Positions 7,516 through 12,540 of a DNA stretch of 12,540 nucleotides are shown here, one piece after another (the first letter of the stretch is position 1; each line of letters begins with the position of its first letter). Both the position numbers and the translations under genes were made by a program. The stretch comes from Acidimicrobiia bacterium (GTDB taxonomy: Bacteria > Actinomycetota > Acidimicrobiia > Spongiisociales > Spongiisociaceae). The DNA lies in assembly GCA_041576165.1 (NCBI GenBank), contig JBFGLM010000087.1:1-12540 (forward strand), given 5' to 3'. The notes beneath the pieces were generated by a model. It ran no database searches. It worked only from the letters and a program-made list of their open reading frames with translations, and was not told the origin of the DNA.

Positions 7516-8979
7516 TCAGTCCTGGGCCGGGTAGGCCTCGGCCACGAGCTGGTGTGCGAGTCGGAGGGCCTCCGCGGCGGTCTGGTCGTCGTGGTAGGTG
7601 GCGGCGACCCGACCGAGCTCGCGGAGATCGGCGAGCTGTTGCTTCATCGCCTCTCCGGCCACCGTCACCGCGTCGGCAGCCGCCACGGCGACGAATACCG
7701 CCTGCTGGCGGTCGCCGCGTGCGGCGAGCGCTTCGGCCGTCTCGAGCAGCCGTAGTGGAAGGGTGGCCGGGGCTGAGGTGGACTCGATCCGAGCCGCTTC
7801 CCTCCGCCGGATCACTCGTTCTATCGCGAGGCCGCCGAGCCACGCCGTCAGAACCACGGCGCCGAGCCAGCCTGGGACGCTGCTCACCACGGCAAGCAGG
7901 GCGCCCGCCACCCACGCCAGCTCGAGGCGGGTCTCCAGGCCGGCGTATGCCTGGCCTCGCCGCGCGTGGGGTGCCTCGGTTTGCACCACGTAATCGAAGG
8001 CTCGTCGGGCCACACTGGCGCTGATCCCGAGCACGAAGACGAGCGCCACTGCGGTTATGCGATGGAAGCGGAGTGCGGTGACCAGTGCCATGATTGCCGG
8101 GATCGCCAGCGCGGTCGTGAGCATGACCTGCTCTCCGACGAGGTGGCGCAGCCTCGGGGCGAGGAATGTTCCGGCGAAGGCACCCAGCCCGATCGAGATG
8201 GCCAGCAGACCGAAGAACCATGCCGGCTCGCCGGCACCTTTCATCACGAAGCCGATGTGGAACACCAAGAAGCCGACGGCGGCCCGGAGGCCGCCCATCC
8301 CGAGCGTGGCCGATCGCACGCCGGGCCCCGACAGCTCCATCTGCTCGACGACCGGCGAGACGTTCTCCTGAGGATGGGGAGGAGGGAGTCGAAGAGCGAG
8401 GAGAGCCCCCGCGCCATACGCCAGCGCACCGGCCCGCAGAACCCACCCGGGGCCGGACGCCTCCAGGATGGCCACGGCCACAAGAGCAGCAACCGCGCCG
8501 GCCCCCGCGCTGAGTCCGGCCAGCCGGGAGTTGACCACCACCAGGTGGGAACGATCGGCCACGAGCACCGGAACCAGCGAGTTCCGCGAGACAGTGAACA
8601 CCTTGGCCAGCACCAGGATCGCGAGGGCAAGCGGGTAGAACAGCAGTTCCTTCAGCTGGTTGGCGAGGAACAGCACCAGAAGAGCCCGACCTCCGAGAGC
8701 GGCCAGGAGCACCATCCGATGGCCACCACGGACCCGGTCAATCAGCGGTCCAATGAGCGGCGCCAGCACCAGGAACGGGGCCATCGTGACCGCGAGATAC
8801 AGCACGATCCGGGGTCGGGCAGCGTCGAGCGAGACGTTGAAGAACAGCGAACCAACGAGGGAAACCGCGAACATGGTGTCGCCGACGCTGTGAAGCGCCT
8901 GCACGGGCAGGAGCCGACCGGCGCCGCTGTCGCCGAGCAGCGGCAGATCGTCGAACCTGTCGGATGTGAGGTGACGCAT
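7516..8979 (-). CDS. MFS transporter (actinobacterial type) with a soluble helical C-terminal extension
   Basis: Multiple hydrophobic helices; motif GDTMFAVSLVGSLFF.V..DAAR.RIVLYLAVTMAPF.VLAPLIGPLIDRV.GG.R (MFS motif A-like G...D..GG.R). ATG 8979 is preceded by GGGAGGTGG. The Arg/Gly-rich extension to 9471 is spurious. Confidence 0.88.
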   Translation of the reverse strand: MRHLTSDRFDDLPLLGDSGAGRLLPVQALHSVGDTMFAVSLVGSLFFNVSLDAARPRIVLYLAVTMAPFLVLAPLIGPLIDRVRGGHRMVLLAALGGRALLVLFLANQLKELLFYPLALAILVLAKVFTVSRNSLVPVLVADRSHLVVVNSRLAGLSAGAGAVAALVAVAILEASGPGWVLRAGALAYGAGALLALRLPPPHPQENVSPVVEQMELSGPGVRSATLGMGGLRAAVGFLVFHIGFVMKGAGEPAWFFGLLAISIGLGAFAGTFLAPRLRHLVGEQVMLTTALAIPAIMALVTALRFHRITAVALVFVLGISASVARRAFDYVVQTEAPHARRGQAYAGLETRLELAWVAGALLAVVSSVPGWLGAVVLTAWLGGLAIERVIRRREAARIESTSAPATLPLRLLETAEALAARGDRQQAVFVAVAAADAVTVAGEAMKQQLADLRELGRVAATYHDDQTAAEALRLAHQLVAEAYPAQD

Positions 8980-9014
8980 CCACCTCCCAGGCGACCAGTG
9001 TGTGGCGGCCGGGC

Positions 9015-9539
9015 TCACAGCTCTCCGACGAGGCTTTCGGGTTCCACCCTTTCGGGTGGTTCGATCAGCACCATCGTCTGGCCGCTCCGGGCGACCCGGA
9101 AGCGGTAGCCGAAAACACGGTCCAGCTTTTCGTAGACCTCGCCTCGCATATCGATCGGACCCTCGGCTGGAACGGGACCAAGCCCGAGAAGCAGCCCGCC
9201 GTCGCGTACGGGTGCGCCGACCTCGGACTCGTCCAGCGCCCCAATCCGGGTGTCGACAAACCGAATGTCGACGACCGGCTCGAAGTGTAGGACGATCTCC
9301 ACCTGCACGTCCAGGTCGATCTCGCCAGGCCCCAAGGCTTCGACGAAAACGGGTGGCATCTCGTCGAGTGTGGGGTCGGGGGCGAACTCCGGCTCGGCGA
9401 GGACCCACTCGACCACCACGATGTAGGCGTCGGCCACCCGGCGGTCCCGGCTTCGGTCGTCGTCGCCGCACCCGGCCAGCCCGATTCCGTAAAGGAGGAT
9501 GGCCACTACGGCACGACCGAGAGTCGCGCGGCCGAACAT
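9015..9539 (-). CDS. Putative lipoprotein, function unknown (174 aa)
   Basis: MFGRATLGRAVVAILLYGIGLAG-C has a basic N-region, hydrophobic core and lipobox LAGC, followed by GDDD and an acidic globular domain. It ends 35 nt before the MFS start, so co-transcription is probable. Confidence 0.78.
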   Translation of the reverse strand: MFGRATLGRAVVAILLYGIGLAGCGDDDRSRDRRVADAYIVVVEWVLAEPEFAPDPTLDEMPPVFVEALGPGEIDLDVQVEIVLHFEPVVDIRFVDTRIGALDESEVGAPVRDGGLLLGLGPVPAEGPIDMRGEVYEKLDRVFGYRFRVARSGQTMVLIEPPERVEPESLVGEL

Positions 9540-9542
9540 CCG

Positions 9543-9559
9543 ACCAGAATAGTTCTGGT
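9543..9559. promoter_or_regulatory. Palindrome ACCAGAA-TAG-TTCTGGT overlapping a minus-strand -10 box (TATTCT, 9551-9546); candidate operator/leaderless promoter
   Basis: Perfect 7-3-7 inverted repeat. TATTCT sits 6 nt before ATG 9539 and no Shine-Dalgarno is visible. Confidence 0.5.
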
Positions 9560-9593
9560 AGCGCAACGCCACCGCCGTTCTCGCAGTCCAGAC

Positions 9594-9737
9594 GTGGAGA
9601 TCGCCCCGCTCATCCGAAACGCCAACGTCGCCTTCACCGTCCGCGGCCATCCCCGCGTTGAACATCATGAGCATGAGGGATGCTCGGTACCGAAATGCGC
9701 CTGCGTTGAGTACAGCGAGCTGGTGCTCAGGAGCTAG
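9594..9737 (+). CDS. Possible 47-aa Cys/His-rich small protein (degenerate zinc-binding motif)
   Basis: GTG...TAG frame below the ORF-track cutoff: VEIAPLIRNANVAFTVRGHPRVEHHEHEGCSVPKCACVEYSELVLRS. Third codon positions are GC-rich. No clear RBS. Confidence 0.35.
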   Translation: MEIAPLIRNANVAFTVRGHPRVEHHEHEGCSVPKCACVEYSELVLRS

Positions 9738-9911
9738 CCGGCCGGAAGGGCGCTCGTAGCCCGGCGCTGTGGCCGCGACGCGGTTGGAGGACGGCAGTCT
9801 GTCTCGGTGGAGGTGTCCGTGAACGAGTAGATCCGGCACATATGCGCGGTCGCCGGGTCCGTGTCTGCCCGGCTCGCCCTACAACGCTGTTGGTGTTACA
9901 CCGTGATGGGC

Positions 9912-10253
9912 TCAGCGAAGGCGGCCGAACTCGTTGATATCGAGCCTGAACGCACCGCCATCGGTCACGATGAGCCGCCCGTTCTCATCCACGTATCGCA
10001 CATCCTCGAGGCTGGTCTCGCTCGGAGCGACGTTGATGATGAGGTCGCTCGTAGCAAGCGGCATGACGCGAGTTCGCTGCTCATTGCCGCGGACAAACGT
10101 GGTCGAGCCGGTGTCGTACACGAAGAAATAGCCGGTGGCCCGAATGGATGTCGCCTCAACCCGTTCGATGACTCCGACGAAGTGACGGCGCACATCGGTT
10201 TCGAACAGCCGCCGTTCGATTACGTGGACTTTCTCACCGATGTCCAGCAACAT
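9912..10253 (-). CDS. Hypothetical protein (113 aa), predicted beta-rich
   Basis: MLLDIGEKVHVIERRLFETDVRRHFVGVIERV...IRATGYFFVYD...LIINV...RLIVTDGGAFRLDINEFG has natural globular composition with alternating hydrophobic strands. ATG 10253 is preceded by AAAGGAA. Confidence 0.75.
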   Translation of the reverse strand: MLLDIGEKVHVIERRLFETDVRRHFVGVIERVEATSIRATGYFFVYDTGSTTFVRGNEQRTRVMPLATSDLIINVAPSETSLEDVRYVDENGRLIVTDGGAFRLDINEFGRLR

Positions 10254-10353
10254 TGCGGCGTTCCTTTCACACGGTTGGCGGGCGCCTGCTTCGGGCTTCC
10301 CAATGGTCAGAATAGTGTCTGGCACCCCGATGATCTGTCCGGCGGGTCGTGTT

Positions 10354-11864
10354 TCACGTCGAGGGTGTCGACGGCCCCCGCCCGGTGGGCGTCTGGGCGA
10401 CCTGAACTTGATCGCGCCCTGCCTGCTTGGCTCTGTACATCGCCTCGTCCGCAGCCTGAACCAATTCGGCCACGTCGATGCGATGGTTCGGTTACACGGC
10501 AACCCCGACTGTGAGGGTGACCGCACTCAAGGCCGAACCCTCGTGCACGATGCTGAGCCTGGACGCGGCTTGGCGGATCTGCTCCGCCCGGAGGACTGTT
10601 ACGTCGAGCGCACTCCCGGGGAGCAAGACGACGAACTCGTCTCCACCGTAGCGGCACGCGGCATCCTCGACTCGGGTGAGGGTCTTGAGCGCGGCACCAA
10701 GCTCACGCATGAGCGCGTCGCCGCCCGGGTGGCCGAACGTGTCGTTGAACCCTTTGAAGCGGTCGATGTCCAGCATCATGAGGCCGATCGGCTTGCCGCT
10801 GCGGGTAGAGCGGCTGATTTCGCGCTCGAGCGTCTCCTCCAGGTATCAACGGTTGAATACGCCCGTGAGCGGATCCCTGATGGACTGATCCCGAAGCGAC
10901 CCCCGAAGCCGCAGGTTCGTGAGCGCGAGCCCGAGATGCTCGCCCACCGATACTGCCAGCGCTTCGCTTGCGGCGCATGAGGCTGACGTGCTGGAGATGT
11001 TCGGTCTCCCGGGGCGGCAAGGACCAGGAGGCCGGTCGTTTGCCCTTGAGCGATGAGCGGGATACACAGGAAAGCCCCCGCACGATCCGCGCCACGTGCG
11101 CGCAGCACGGGGACTCGTTCCCGGCCAGGCTTCCGTGGCGCCGCCGACGGCACAACGCCCAGCAACTCTCGGATGCGAACACTTGGTCAACCCACGTGCT
11201 GTCGTCCCAGGAGCTCATTGCTTCCATGACGCTTCCGGACTCATTCTGAAAGAAGAGTCCGCCGGAGAAGTCCGTGAACAACCGCGAGCCAAAGCTGGCG
11301 GCGACGTCGAAGACTTCGTCTGCGATTCCACGGCTTGGAGGTACTCGACCATCTCGCCGACGAGGGTCAGCTCCGGTTAAGGCGTTCCAGTTCCGCCTCT
11401 GCGAGCACGTGCCGGGTCACATCTCGCCACCCAACTGCCAGGCCGTCACCCATTCTGGCGGCACGAACCTCGTAGGCTCGGACGAGTCGCTTGCCGCCGT
11501 GCTTGGCAACCTCGTGTTCAAGGGATTGCGTGGCCAGCGGTTCCCCTGTCTCCATGACATGGCAGAAGTCGTCGAAGAGCTCCCGCTTTTGGTGCTCGGC
11601 GACGGTCCCAACCAGACTCTCGCCTGCCTCGCCTTGCGGAGTTGCGCCGGGGATGACACGGGCCGCGTGATTCGCATTGTCCAGTTGGAAGTCGACGATT
11701 CGGCCGGCATCGTCGCGGATAGCGGTGAACATGCCGAAGGCGGCGAGCAAATGTTCGATCGCTCGTTGCAGCCGTCCCTCGCTCGTGAGCGACTCCGGGA
11801 CGGATCCGTCGCCGGTTATGTCGATAACGGAGGCTGTCTTCGTGGGTCGTCCGGTGGATGACAA
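10354..11864 (-). pseudogene. PAS-GAF-GGDEF diguanylate cyclase, disrupted by 4 frameshifts and 2 in-frame stops
   Basis: TTG start 11864 with AGGAG RBS. PAS-like AIRDDAGRIVDF...AN.AA...WRDVT; GAF-like F..ESCWAL.R.R.H...CAHV / LCIPLIAQGQTTGLL; then LALTNLRLR.SLRDQSIRDPLTGVFNR*YLEE, MLDIDRFK.FNDTFGHPGGD, RVED (I-site), RYGGDEF, GVAV*PNH, AADEAMYRAKQAGRDQV, stop at 10354. Frameshifts at ~11375, ~11322, ~11090 and ~10960; stops at 10846 and 10492. Confidence 0.9.
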
Positions 11865-11914
11865 GGGTTGCTCCTAGGGCAGTGTCACCGGTAGGTGATC
11901 CGTCCGGCCCTCAC

Positions 11915-12261
11915 CTATCTCCTGTCGCGAAGGTTGCTTCGGCCCGCGTCACCGTCGATCCAGCTGATCAAATCGCAGTGAACGAGAAGAACATCGAGGT
12001 AGGTGGACAGGAGCTCCCGTCCCTCATGGGGCCACGACGGGTGCCGAGGAAATCGGTCCAGGGTCGACTCCAGATCATCAAGGAGAGGCTCCACCAGGTC
12101 GATCAGGAGCTGTTCCTTCGATTCGAAGTCGTGGACGAAGGCCGCCTCGCTCAGTCCCAGAGCCAGGACGACTTCGGCAACCGAGGTGCCTTCATAGACG
12201 TTCTCTCTGAACACCTCAAGCGCGTCGCCAGGAGTTCATCCCTTCGATCCCTGGTCGCCAT
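11915..12261 (-). pseudogene. TetR/AcrR-family transcriptional regulator, frameshifted (~12222) and apparently C-terminally truncated
   Basis: ATG 12261 MATRDRRDELLAT / LEVFRENVYEGTSVAEVVLALGLSEAAFVHDFESKEQLL is a TetR HTH. The total of ~115 aa is well short of the usual ~190-200 aa. Confidence 0.8.
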
Positions 12262-12267
12262 GGGAGG

Positions 12268-12273
12268 ATGGTA
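12268..12273 (-). promoter_or_regulatory. -10 box TACCAT of a probable leaderless tetR transcript
   Basis: Minus strand TACCAT-cctccc-ATG: a TANNNT hexamer 6 nt before ATG 12261, with no Shine-Dalgarno. Confidence 0.5.
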
Positions 12274-12540
12274 CTTGCCGAACGTTCATGTGGAGACGGG
12301 TCGACATCGCTGCTCGCCCTCTCGCATTCGAAACCTGAGTGTCCGAGTCGCACATAATGCGCGTCTCGCACCGCGTTCTCAGACGCGTGCAACCGCTCTC
12401 GAACCGGCAGGGAGGATGTTGGGGTGCGCTGATCGTGGGCGATGGCGGTCATCCTCTGCCGGGTTCTACGGTTGGTCAGTTCCCGGGTGCTGGCTTGGCT
12501 CACGAACCGGCTGACACCTCGACGACGGGGTTGTCTTTCG

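Noticed and set aside
7966-9108. 380-aa + strand ORF, and similar shadows such as 1004..1858, 3559..4158, 6306..7070 and 11858..12514
   Set aside because: They lie opposite well-supported genes and have His/Arg/Gln-rich antisense composition typical of high-GC DNA.
9780-9845. PDLLVHGHLH, a metallophosphoesterase-like GHxH motif in the upstream extension of ORF 9015..9839
   Set aside because: It is an isolated short motif with no other phosphoesterase motifs. The lipobox places the real start at 9539.
10240-11861. Long + strand ORFs 10240..10980 and 11274..11861
   Set aside because: They are antisense shadows of the GGDEF/PAS gene; the minus strand carries the recognisable motifs.
11892-11917. 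TAGGTGA-N12-TCACCTA inverted repeat between tetR and the DGC
   Set aside because: A 7-bp stem with a long loop and no U-tract could be chance; no function can be supported.
1-12540. CRISPR array, tandem repeats or rRNA
   Set aside because: No regularly spaced direct repeats or rRNA-like sequence were seen on reading either strand.

Overview
GC-rich bacterial DNA; gene content and TANNNT-type leaderless promoters suggest Actinomycetota (inference). From left to right: (1) two remnants fused head-to-head, the 3' half of a frameshifted haloacetate-dehalogenase-like alpha/beta hydrolase (-) and an internal fragment of an IS110 transposase (+). (2) An intact five-gene carbohydrate module in two convergent units: GT4 glycosyltransferase, (alpha/alpha)6-barrel-like partner and long-form GH130 on +; GT4 glycosyltransferase and GH5-like clan-A glycosidase on -. 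(3) A ~500 bp spacer with an orphan 20-nt tRNA(Arg)-like 3' end followed by a perfect hairpin, a candidate integration (att) scar. (4) A minus-strand block: lipoprotein and MFS transporter with a palindrome over a leaderless -10 box, a 113-aa hypothetical protein, a PAS-GAF-GGDEF diguanylate cyclase broken by four frameshifts and two nonsense codons, and a frameshifted, truncated TetR regulator. No rRNA, complete tRNA or CRISPR array was seen. All family assignments come from motif recognition by eye; no database searches were run.
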